Source: Candidatus Geothrix odensensis (GTDB taxonomy: Bacteria > Acidobacteriota > Holophagae > Holophagales > Holophagaceae). Taken from it: DNA of 64,000 nt. Below are positions 41,324 to 49,724 of the stretch, piece by piece (the first letter of the stretch is position 1; every line of letters begins with the position of its first letter). The notes below the pieces were generated by a model. That model did not search any database and was not told where the DNA came from. It saw only the letters and a program-made list of their open reading frames with translations. The stretch spans positions 26,815 through 90,814 of the forward strand of contig JADKCH010000003.1 in NCBI GenBank assembly GCA_016714685.1. The letters run 5' to 3'. A program made the translations under genes and the position numbers.

Positions 41324-43462
41324 ATGCACACGGCCACGGGATTCCTCCACGAGGGGCGGGCCTACGGCCTGCTAGCCGCCGCGGGACTGCGCGTGCCCCG
41401 CCACGGGTTCCTGGAGGCCGGGGCCCTGCCCTTCTCGGCTGGCGAGCCCATCGTGCTCAAGGGCATCGCGGACCAGCTCTGGCACAAGTCGGACCGCGGC
41501 GCGGTGCACTTCGGCCCCTTCGAGGTGGCTGCCCTGAATGCCGAAGCGGCGGCCATGCGCCAGCGCGTGGCCGAGCACCCCTGGATCGGCGGCCTCGTCT
41601 GCGAGAAGGTGGCCTTCAAGAAGCTGTCCGGCCTGCCCACGGAAGCGCTGGTGTCCCTCAAACGGGATCCTGACGCGGGCTGGCTGGTGGTCTTCGGCAT
41701 CGGTGGCCTCCAGGCCGATGCCTGGGCCGCGCTGGCGCCGCCCCTGATCTGGCCCATCGCCCTGACCACGCCGGACCAGGCCCTCGCGGACCTCTGCTCC
41801 CACTGGCTGGGCCGCACCTGGCTCGGCCGGCAGCGCGGCACCGAGGCGCTCACGGATGAGGCGAAGCTGCTGGCCTTCCTCCAGGGCCTCTGGCGCGCCG
41901 TGGATGGTCTGCAGTGCGAAGGCGTCACCCTGCTCGAGCTCAATCCCATCGTGCTGGACAGCGAGGGCCTGCCCACGGCGCTGGATGGCGTGGGCACGCT
42001 GGAGAACACCACACCCGCGACCATCGTGCCCCCCGATCCCGCCTGGTACCAGGCCCTGGTGAATCCCCAGCGCCTTGTCATCGCCGGGGTCTCCAGCCGC
42101 GAAGGCACCGTGGGCCGCATCATCCTGGAGAACGTGCGGAAGTCGAAGCTTCCGGAATCCTCCCTGCGGCTCATCAAGCCCGGCGCCACGGAATTCCTGG
42201 GCCTGCCCTGCCTCGCTTCCGTAGCGGATCTCGCGAGCGCCCCGGCGGATCAGCTCATCCTCTCCCTGCCCGCAGTGCAGACCCTTGAGGCCGTGGAGCA
42301 GCTTTGCCGCCAGGGCGGCGGCGCCACCGTGGTCTACCTGGTGGCCGGCGGCCTGGGCGATGGCGCCGATACCGAAGGCCTCGGCAAGCGGCTCGTGGCC
42401 TGCCTGGAAGAACATCGCCGCGCCGGGAAGTGGACGCCCGCCGTGGTGGGCCCCAACGGCCTGGGCCTCTTCAGCCCCGACCTGGCCCTCAACACGCTGT
42501 TCATCCCCGACATGAAGCTCCCCCTCACCGCCAAGCCCGGCCACCTGGCCCTGGTCAGCCAGAGCGGTGCCTTCCTCATCACGCGCCTCAGCCGCCGCCC
42601 CGAGCTGGGCCTGCGGGCCGCCATCGCCATCGGCAACCAGATGGACGTGCGCTGCTCGGATTTCCTGCGCGGCTTCGCCACGGACGCCGCCGTGAGGGTG
42701 GTGGGCGCCTACCTGGAAGGCTTCGCCCCCGCCGATCTCCAGGCCACGGCCCAGGCCACCCGCGCACTGCGCAAGGCCGGCCGTCGCGTCCTCCTCTATA
42801 AAGGGGGCCGCAGCCAGGAGGGCATGGCCGCCGCCAGCAGTCACACGGGAGCCCTCGCGGGCGACCACGCCCTGCAGGCCGCCCTGCTGCGCCGCGCGGG
42901 TGCGATGCTCGCCGACCGAATGGAAACCTTCGACGCGGCCCTAGCCTGGCTCGGCGCCTATCCCGAGGGCCGGCCCACCTCCGTGGCCATCATGACCAAT
43001 GCCGGCTTCGAGTCCGTGGCCTCCGCCGACCTGCTTAGCGGACCGTTCCGGGGCGCCAGGTTGTCGGAGTCCGAAACCGCGGCCCTGGCGGCCACCATCG
43101 AGGCCGAGGGCCTGGCGGGCCTGGTCAGCGCCCGGCTGCCCCTGGACCTCACGCCCATGGCCAACGAGTCCGCCTACCTGGCCGCTGCCAAGGTGCTTCT
43201 GGGTTCCGAGGCCGAGGCCGTGGTCGTGGGCCTTGTCCCCCTGACAGTGCGCCTCGACACCACCCAGCCCGAAGCCATCCGGGCCTTCGCCTCCGAATGG
43301 GTCCGCCTGGCCCAGGCCTCCGGCAAATGGCTGGGCGTGGCCGTGGAAGGCGGCGCCCTCTTCGACCTCTACCGCCAGGAACTCCGGGCTGCGGGCCTGC
43401 CTGTCTTCCTCACCATGGAAGAGGCCCTGGAGGGCCTGCGCCTCATCGCCTCCGAGGTGTGA
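41324..43462 (+). CDS. ADP-forming acyl-CoA (acetate--CoA ligase family) synthetase, ATP-grasp-first fusion
   Basis: N-terminal HKSDRGAV...LLELNP ATP-grasp; then CoA-binding domain, GPNGLG, SQSGAF, GNQMD and phospho-His motif SHTGALAG. Confidence 0.88.
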   Translation: MHTATGFLHEGRAYGLLAAAGLRVPRHGFLEAGALPFSAGEPIVLKGIADQLWHKSDRGAVHFGPFEVAALNAEAAAMRQRVAEHPWIGGLVCEKVAFKKLSGLPTEALVSLKRDPDAGWLVVFGIGGLQADAWAALAPPLIWPIALTTPDQALADLCSHWLGRTWLGRQRGTEALTDEAKLLAFLQGLWRAVDGLQCEGVTLLELNPIVLDSEGLPTALDGVGTLENTTPATIVPPDPAWYQALVNPQRLVIAGVSSREGTVGRIILENVRKSKLPESSLRLIKPGATEFLGLPCLASVADLASAPADQLILSLPAVQTLEAVEQLCRQGGGATVVYLVAGGLGDGADTEGLGKRLVACLEEHRRAGKWTPAVVGPNGLGLFSPDLALNTLFIPDMKLPLTAKPGHLALVSQSGAFLITRLSRRPELGLRAAIAIGNQMDVRCSDFLRGFATDAAVRVVGAYLEGFAPADLQATAQATRALRKAGRRVLLYKGGRSQEGMAAASSHTGALAGDHALQAALLRRAGAMLADRMETFDAALAWLGAYPEGRPTSVAIMTNAGFESVASADLLSGPFRGARLSESETAALAATIEAEGLAGLVSARLPLDLTPMANESAYLAAAKVLLGSEAEAVVVGLVPLTVRLDTTQPEAIRAFASEWVRLAQASGKWLGVAVEGGALFDLYRQELRAAGLPVFLTMEEALEGLRLIASEV

Positions 43463-43524
43463 CCGGGCGCATGGCCAGGGGCCGCTGGAGGGGTCACACT
43501 CTATTTCGGAGTATCGATACCGAA

Positions 43525-44292
43525 ATGACCAAGTGGCTGCCCCCCCTGCGCTCCATCCTGCCCGCCGAGCACGGCGCCTGGTTCATGCTCGGATTCCCGC
43601 TGGTGCTGGGCCTCCTGCTGCGTCCCAGCCTCGCCGGACTCTGCCTGGGTCTCGCGGCGCTGGCCTTCTTCCTGAGCCGACCGCCCCTCCGGCGCGTGCT
43701 CCAAGGGCAGAGGGACCCCGCCCAGATCCTGGCCCTCCTCCTGCTCGGCGCCCTTGCCATCGCCTTCGGCCTCCTGGCCCTGGCCATGACTGGTGCCCGG
43801 TTCCTCATTCCCCTGGCCTGCGTCGGCCCGCTCGTGTTCCTCGCCCTGCGGGCGGACCTGACCCGGACGACCCGCTCCCTGGCCGTGGAGATGGCGGCCC
43901 AGGGCGCCTTCGCCGGACTGGCCGCCGCCATGCTCGTGGCGGGCGGGGATCCGCTGTCCGGGGCCCTCCGCGCCTGGTGGTTCGTCACCCTCGTCGGCAG
44001 CGCCAACCTGGCGCACGTGCGCCGGTGGCTGGGGCACGCCCACGGGCTCGTCGCCGCCGAACTCCGCCATCGCCTGGTCATCGTGCACCTCCTCCACGCC
44101 CTCCTGGTCGGCACCTCGGCCCTCCTGCTGGCGTCTCGGGGGCTGGCGGGCATCCTGTGGACCGCCTGGACGGCCCTGCTCTACCTGCGGGCCCTGGCCC
44201 CGTACCGCCTGGTACCGGCCCGCACCCTCGGCTGGCGGGAGGGCGGCCTGAGCGTCATCGGGCTCGCGCTGCTCTGGCGCGCCCTGCTCTGA
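43525..44292 (+). CDS. YwiC-like membrane protein
   Basis: LPAEHGAW N-terminal motif, multiple TM helices, LGWRE C-terminal motif. Confidence 0.8.
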   Translation: MTKWLPPLRSILPAEHGAWFMLGFPLVLGLLLRPSLAGLCLGLAALAFFLSRPPLRRVLQGQRDPAQILALLLLGALAIAFGLLALAMTGARFLIPLACVGPLVFLALRADLTRTTRSLAVEMAAQGAFAGLAAAMLVAGGDPLSGALRAWWFVTLVGSANLAHVRRWLGHAHGLVAAELRHRLVIVHLLHALLVGTSALLLASRGLAGILWTAWTALLYLRALAPYRLVPARTLGWREGGLSVIGLALLWRALL

Positions 44293-44374
44293 CCCCAAGC
44301 TAGGATCTTGGTCACAAAGGGCTGGACTCCTGAATCGTTGGGCTGGATGCTCGATTCAGAACAAGGATTCCTGA

Positions 44375-44818
44375 ATGCTCTTCTCCACGGCCACCGGCTA
44401 TGCCCTCCGCGCCCTCGCGGCGCTCCCCGAAGACGGATCCTTCAGCCTGGCGAAGGACCTGTCCTCCAAGCTGGAGCTGCCCGGCCCCTACCTCGCGAAG
44501 ATCCTGCAGGGCCTCGTCCAGGCCGACATCCTGGAATCCGTGCGCGGCCCCAAGGGCGGCTTCCGGTTCACGCGTCCCTCCCATCACATCACCGTTGGTG
44601 AGGTGGTGGCGGCCCTGGAGGGCCCTGACGCCATGGAGGGCTGCATCATGGGCTTTCCCACCTGCGGCGGCGACCATCCCTGCCCGCTGCATGATGCCTG
44701 GGCCGCCGTGAAGACCCAGGTGAGTTCGTCCATGACCGAGGCCACCATCCGGGATCTCCAGCTCATGGACATCCGCCACCAGAAGGAAGCGGAAGGGCGT
44801 CCCCCGAAGCGCGCCTGA
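44375..44818 (+). CDS. Rrf2 family transcriptional regulator
   Basis: FSTATGYALRAL...PYLAKILQ...SVRGPKGGF; CIMGFPTCGGDHPCPLH. Confidence 0.93.
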   Translation: MLFSTATGYALRALAALPEDGSFSLAKDLSSKLELPGPYLAKILQGLVQADILESVRGPKGGFRFTRPSHHITVGEVVAALEGPDAMEGCIMGFPTCGGDHPCPLHDAWAAVKTQVSSSMTEATIRDLQLMDIRHQKEAEGRPPKRA

Positions 44819-44888
44819 GATCACGATCCGCTCACGGCCCAAGCGGAAAAGCGCCGGCGAATCCAAATCGCTCCCTATCATCGAAGAC

Positions 44889-46028
44889 ATGGCGATGAGC
44901 TGCGACCACCCCGATCTGCTGCCGCTGGAGGAAGCCCTGCGGCGCCTCTGGGAGGCCCTGCCCACCCCCACGGTGCCGGAGGTGTGCGCCGAGCGGGACG
45001 ATCCCGCCACGGACCGCGCCAGCATGGACGGCGTCGCCCTCAAGGCTTCGGAGGGCCGGGCCCCCCGCCGCATCCTGGGCACCCTCTTCGCCGGCAGCGA
45101 TCCCGCGGCCTTCACCGTCACGCCTGGCACCGCCGTGCGCATCATGACCGGTGCGGCGCTGCCCAGGGGCGCCGATGCCATCGTGCCGGTGGAGCAGCTC
45201 GAACCCACCGGGGAGCTGGTTCTCCCGACGATCGACCCCGAAGCCGGCGACCATGTGCGGTGCCAGGGCGACCAGGCCCGCGCTGGAGACTTGCTGCTGC
45301 CCGCGGGAACCCCCTTCAATGCCGCGCGCATCGCGCTTCTGGCGCAGGAGGGGCAGCCCATTCCCAGGCGATCCCGCATCCGCGTGGGCGTGGCGTCCAC
45401 CGGCGACGAGCTGGTGCCGTCGCCGGCCCCGTACCAGATCCGGGATTCCAACGGCCCCATGCTCGCGGCCCTGGCCCATACGCTCGGCGCGGACGTGGAG
45501 CTCCGATCCGCCTTGCCCGATGATCCTGCAGCCTTGGCGGCCGCCCTCCGCAATCCCGGCGACATCCGCATCCTGCTCACCTCCGGGGGCGTGAGCATGG
45601 GAGACCACGACCACCTGCCTTCGGTACTGAAGGACCTCGGCGCCAGGATCCTCTTCCACCGCATCCGCCTCAAGCCCGGCAAGCCCATGCTGGCCGCCCT
45701 ACTGGGGGACCTGCTGGTGCTGGGCCTGCCGGGGAACCCCGTGTCGGCCTACCTGAACGCCCTGCTCTTCCTGCGGCCGGCCCTGGCCCGACTGGAGGGC
45801 CGCGAGGCCCAGGATCCCTGGCGCCGAGCACGCCTGGTCACAGCCGTGAAGCACAAAGGCGACCGCCCCCTGCTCCATCCCTGCCGCCTGGCGGAGGGGC
45901 GCCTGGAACCACTGCCAGGCAAGGGCTCCGCCGACCTGGTCACCCTGGCCAGGGCCGATGGCTTCGCGTGGATCGACAGCCCCGGCCAGGAGCCCGGGGC
46001 CAAGGTGAGATGGCTGCCCGTCATCTAG
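44889..46028 (+). CDS. moeA: Molybdopterin molybdenumtransferase
   Basis: SMDGVA, RIMTGA.LP.GADAIVPVE, STGDEL, DSNGP, SGGVSMG, KPGKP, LPGNPVS. Confidence 0.94.
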   Translation: MAMSCDHPDLLPLEEALRRLWEALPTPTVPEVCAERDDPATDRASMDGVALKASEGRAPRRILGTLFAGSDPAAFTVTPGTAVRIMTGAALPRGADAIVPVEQLEPTGELVLPTIDPEAGDHVRCQGDQARAGDLLLPAGTPFNAARIALLAQEGQPIPRRSRIRVGVASTGDELVPSPAPYQIRDSNGPMLAALAHTLGADVELRSALPDDPAALAAALRNPGDIRILLTSGGVSMGDHDHLPSVLKDLGARILFHRIRLKPGKPMLAALLGDLLVLGLPGNPVSAYLNALLFLRPALARLEGREAQDPWRRARLVTAVKHKGDRPLLHPCRLAEGRLEPLPGKGSADLVTLARADGFAWIDSPGQEPGAKVRWLPVI

Positions 46029-46073
46029 CCGCTCTCTGCTCCAAAAAGACTGCGCGTCTTCGGAGCCGCGGCT

Positions 46074-46748
46074 TCAGCCCTTCGCGTAGCGCTGCAGCTT
46101 GCCCAGGTCGAGGATGCGCACCACGGGGAAGGTGCTCTGGATCAGCCCGAGGTCTGTCAGCAGGCGCAAGGCCCGGCTGAAGGCCTCGCGGCTGGCGCCG
46201 ATGCACTGGGCCAAGTCCTCCTGCGTCTCCTGGAACTCCACCAGGGACCGCATGGGATTCGCTTCGTGGGCCTCCAGCAGCAGCTGGGCCACCCGCTCGG
46301 GGACGCTGTGCAGGCTGAGGGTCTCGACCAGGGTCACCAGGTGGCGAACCTTGGCGGTGAAGTGGTGGATGATCATCTCGGCCACTTCCGGGTGGCGGTG
46401 GACGATCTGGCGCAGCGGCGCCGCGGGAATGAGCCAGCACTCGGTCTCGCCATGGGACTCGGCGCTGGAGGGCGTGGGGCCGCCATCGAAGACTGGAACT
46501 TCGCCCACGCAGTCACCCACCTTGAGGAACTGGAGCACCTGGACCCGCCCCCGGCCATCGGTGCGGAAGACCTTCAGCCCGCCCTTGACCACGACGTAGA
46601 TCCCCGAGACCAGATCGCCCTGAGTGTAGATGCGCGCGCCATCCGGGAAGCGACGGAGCTCGGCGATGCTGGCCATCTCCTCGGCTGCGTTCATGGGCAG
46701 TCCGGCCAGGAACTCGATCCTTCTCAGGTTGAGGACTGCTTGAGGCAT
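46074..46748 (-). CDS. Crp/Fnr family transcriptional regulator (no FNR Cys cluster)
   Basis: cNMP-like domain GDCVGE; HTH TQEDLAQCIGASREAFSRAL with CRP-type RE...R recognition helix. Confidence 0.93.
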   Translation of the reverse strand: MPQAVLNLRRIEFLAGLPMNAAEEMASIAELRRFPDGARIYTQGDLVSGIYVVVKGGLKVFRTDGRGRVQVLQFLKVGDCVGEVPVFDGGPTPSSAESHGETECWLIPAAPLRQIVHRHPEVAEMIIHHFTAKVRHLVTLVETLSLHSVPERVAQLLLEAHEANPMRSLVEFQETQEDLAQCIGASREAFSRALRLLTDLGLIQSTFPVVRILDLGKLQRYAKG

Positions 46749-46796
46749 GGGGCTCCACCGGGTGAACAGTCAGTTATCGCATAATTCCCGTCCGAT

Positions 46797-46812
46797 TGTG
46801 ACCTGAGTCACG
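46797..46812. promoter_or_regulatory. Crp/Fnr-type operator upstream of the crp/fnr gene
   Basis: TGTGA-CCTGAG-TCACG. Confidence 0.7.
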
Positions 46813-46844
46813 CCCCCGGGAACCGACCGACCAGTACTTTACCG

Positions 46845-46992
46845 CGGGGTTGGAATTTCGTCCGGGGAAAATCAGAAAGGACAAGGCCTCGGCGGCTTCT
46901 GCCTACCCATCCTTAATCGGCATCCGGTCAGGTCACCTTGAAGGTGATTAATCCAATCCAGAGCTGATCAGGCCGTCTCACCCCAAAACCCG
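46845..46992. ncRNA. Candidate structured non-coding RNA
   Basis: Nested long-range complementarity (gggtt/aaccc, ggcct/aggcc, gcttctg/cagagc, ttaatc/gattaa, tcacc/ggtga) in an ORF-free gap. Confidence 0.3.
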
Positions 46993-47032
46993 GGCCGGGT
47001 TGGCCCGCCTTACCGGTCCTGAGGCCCGCCCG

Positions 47033-47599
47033 CTACTTCACCCGCTCCATGAAGGTGCGATCCACCGTGTTCACCCGGATCTTTTGTCCAGCCTCCATGT
47101 AGGGGGGAACACCGACGGTGATGCCGTTGTTCAACTTCGCGGGCTTGTACGAACCCGTGGCATTGGCGTTCTTCATGACCGGATCGGTCTCCAGGATCTC
47201 CAGGACCACGCTGGGAGGCAGGGTCGCGCCCATGGCCTGGCCCTCGTAGAACTCGATCTCCACCTGCATGTTGGGCTCGAGGAAGACCATGTCGTCGCCC
47301 AGGATGTCCTTGTTGACCTCGAGTTGCTCGTAGGTCTCGTTGTTCATGAAGATGAGGTTGTCGCCGTCCTCATAGAGGAACTCCAGCACGTGCTGTTCGA
47401 GGCTGGCCTTGTCCACCTTGTCGGAGCTGCCGAAGCGGTTCTCGCGGTTGATGCCGTCCTTCAGGCGCTTCATCTTCACCTGGACCCGGGCCGGCAGGTT
47501 GCCGGGGGTCTGGTGCTCGACGCTGATGACGCGGCAGAGCTCGTTCTCGAAGTTGACGATCATCCCGGCGCGGACCTGGGTGGCGAGGATCAGAGGCAT
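47033..47599 (-). CDS. efp: Elongation factor P
   Basis: HQTPGNL loop, FLYEDGD..FMN.ETYEQ, KPAKL, VPPYM..G..I.VNT. Confidence 0.96.
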   Translation of the reverse strand: MPLILATQVRAGMIVNFENELCRVISVEHQTPGNLPARVQVKMKRLKDGINRENRFGSSDKVDKASLEQHVLEFLYEDGDNLIFMNNETYEQLEVNKDILGDDMVFLEPNMQVEIEFYEGQAMGATLPPSVVLEILETDPVMKNANATGSYKPAKLNNGITVGVPPYMEAGQKIRVNTVDRTFMERVK

Positions 47600-47650
47600 G
47601 GGGGCTCCCGAAGGATGGAGGAATGACAGGAGAATGAGGAGAGGCGGGAA

Positions 47651-47682
47651 GAAGAAAAGGCCCCGATCACGATCAGGGCCTT
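47651..47682 (-). terminator. Terminator downstream of tRNA-Val
   Basis: Minus strand reads aaggccctgatc-gt-gatcggggcc-ttttcttc. Confidence 0.65.
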
Positions 47683-47691
47683 GGCTTGGAG

Positions 47692-47766
47692 TGGTGGGCG
47701 TACCAGGATTCGAACCTGGGACTTCTACCGTGTGAAGGTAGCACTCTACCGCTGAGTTATACGCCC
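47692..47766 (-). tRNA. tRNA-Val (anticodon CAC)
   Basis: GGGCGTA acceptor stem, anticodon arm CTACC-TTCACAC-GGTAG, GGTTCGAATCC T-arm, encoded 3' CCA. Confidence 0.97.
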
Positions 47767-47848
47767 GCGGTCGATCAGAATACCGCAGGATGGGGGTCTT
47801 TCCAAGCCCGACGTTGGATCCCCGACAACGCCTGCGTTGGCGGGGGAA

Positions 47849-49066
47849 TCAGCGAACCGACAGGACCTGCCTGAGCGCCTGGGCGAAGCGCGGTGCCTCC
47901 GAGGCCCGCAGGCCGCAGAGGCCCACGCGCAGGCCCTCGGGCAGGGGCACCGTGAAGACGCCCTGGGCCTTCAGCCGGACGCAGGTGGTCTCGGGGTCGG
48001 GCACGGGCACACAGACGAAGAAGCCCCCCATCCAGTGGATCGGCGGCATGGCCGCCTCGGCGAGGGCCGCATCCAGGGCCGTGGCCCGGGCCGACAGGAC
48101 ATCGGACCAGTGGCGGTGCTCCGCGGCCAGGCGTTCTTGCGCCTTGCCATCCTTCGCCAGGCGCAGGAGCAGGGCCTGGGGCGCCTTCGGGCAGTTGGAC
48201 CAGGTGCCGCGGCAGGACTGGGTGAGCGCGGCCTGCAGGGCCGGGTCCTTGCTCCAGGGGAAGGCCAGGGCCCCGCAGCGGGCGCCATACAGCGTCATCG
48301 ACTTGGACAGGGACATGGAGGCCCCGACCAGGATGCGGCCTTCGGCGCCCAGCGCCGCGTAGTCGGCCAGCGCAACCGCCACGGCGGCCGGGTCGCGGGT
48401 GTAGTCCAGGTAGGCGAAGTCCAGGAGCATGGTGATGGGCCCCAGGCCAGAAGCCGTGTGCAGGATGTCCCTCAACGCCCGGCGATCCGCGTCGCCCAGG
48501 CTGCGCCCGGTGGGGTTGTGGCAGGGGTCGTTGAGGATGAGCAGCACCCGCCCCTGGGCCTTGAGCAGAGCCTCGAGGGCCCCGGCCCAGGCGGCTGCAT
48601 CCAGGGGCTGGCCTGCTTCGGGCCAGGGGACCGTGGCCAGGCTCAGGCCGTTCTCGGCAGCCATGGTGGCGTAGGGTCCCCAGAAGGGGGCCGTGGTGAG
48701 CACCTGCTGGCCGGCCTCCAGAAAGTTGCGCATGGCGAGGGAGATCGCCCCGCTGCCACCTGGCGTGGCGCAAGCGGCCCCCGCCGAGCGCAGGGAGGGC
48801 CAGTGCCTCTGCACCAATGCGCTCAGGAAGGCGGGATCCCCGGCGATGGGGGCATAGGGTGCCACTTCGAGAGCCGTCAATTCCCGCCACAAGTCCATGA
48901 CTGAATCGAGTACCACCAGCTGCCCGGAGTCATCCAGCAACGCCCCCACCGTGGCATTGAGGATCGACTCGCCCCCGGCCTTGCGGGCCTGGGCCTCGGC
49001 ATTCAGCGCGAAAATCGGGTCGTCCGCGGGGAAGCCGCGCCGGGAGGGGATGAGCTGCTCGGTCAT
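47849..49066 (-). CDS. PLP-dependent aminotransferase class I/II (Asp/aromatic-like)
   Basis: NATVG, TPGGSGA, DPCHNPTG, DFAY, SLSKSMTLYGARCG. Confidence 0.9.
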   Translation of the reverse strand: MTEQLIPSRRGFPADDPIFALNAEAQARKAGGESILNATVGALLDDSGQLVVLDSVMDLWRELTALEVAPYAPIAGDPAFLSALVQRHWPSLRSAGAACATPGGSGAISLAMRNFLEAGQQVLTTAPFWGPYATMAAENGLSLATVPWPEAGQPLDAAAWAGALEALLKAQGRVLLILNDPCHNPTGRSLGDADRRALRDILHTASGLGPITMLLDFAYLDYTRDPAAVAVALADYAALGAEGRILVGASMSLSKSMTLYGARCGALAFPWSKDPALQAALTQSCRGTWSNCPKAPQALLLRLAKDGKAQERLAAEHRHWSDVLSARATALDAALAEAAMPPIHWMGGFFVCVPVPDPETTCVRLKAQGVFTVPLPEGLRVGLCGLRASEAPRFAQALRQVLSVR

Positions 49067-49139
49067 CCCTCCAGGGTACTCTGAAGGCTGAAGGCCGTCC
49101 GCGCCCGCTTTCCCTGCCGACTCAGACCCCGGAGCACGC

Positions 49140-49721
49140 ATGATCCGTCCTTTCCAAGGCATGGTCCCGAAGCTGGGCAGCCGCGTGTTCATCCCCGACA
49201 GCGCGCTGGTCCTCGGCGACGTGAACATCGGCGACGATGCCAGCATCTGGTTCAACTGCGTCCTCCGCGGCGACGTGAACTGGATCCGCATCGGCGCCCG
49301 GACCAACATCCAGGATGGCTGCTGCCTGCACGTCACCAACGGGAAATGGCCCCTGCTCATCGAAGCGGAGGTGAGCATCGCCCACCATGTGATGCTGCAT
49401 GGCTGTACCATCCGCCAGAACGCGCTCATCGGCATGAGCACCACCATCATGGATGGCGCCGAGATCGGCGAGGGCTGCCTGGTGGCCGCGGGAAGCCTGG
49501 TGCGCGAAGGGTTCCAGGCCCCACCGCATAGCCTGGTGGCCGGCTGGCCGGCGGTGGTGAAGGGGCCCCTCAGCGAGGAGCAGCGCCAGCTGGTGGGCAG
49601 TGTCTGGACCCGCTACGTGCGCTACAAGGAAGCCTACTTCGCCGACGGCTGGCCCATCGCCGAGGCACCGAAGATCGATGCCCCCCGGCCCGGCTTCGCC
49701 GAGGGGCATCCGTATCCCTGA
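49140..49721 (+). CDS. Gamma carbonic anhydrase family protein (hexapeptide repeats)
   Basis: VLRGDVN.IRIG..TNIQDG..LH, IAHHVMLHGC. Confidence 0.93.
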   Translation: MIRPFQGMVPKLGSRVFIPDSALVLGDVNIGDDASIWFNCVLRGDVNWIRIGARTNIQDGCCLHVTNGKWPLLIEAEVSIAHHVMLHGCTIRQNALIGMSTTIMDGAEIGEGCLVAAGSLVREGFQAPPHSLVAGWPAVVKGPLSEEQRQLVGSVWTRYVRYKEAYFADGWPIAEAPKIDAPRPGFAEGHPYP

Positions 49722-49724
49722 CCG

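Noticed and set aside
47600-47850. tRNA-Val as a genomic island integration site
   Set aside because: No integrase nearby and no duplicate of the tRNA 3' end was seen in the window; the flanks are housekeeping genes.
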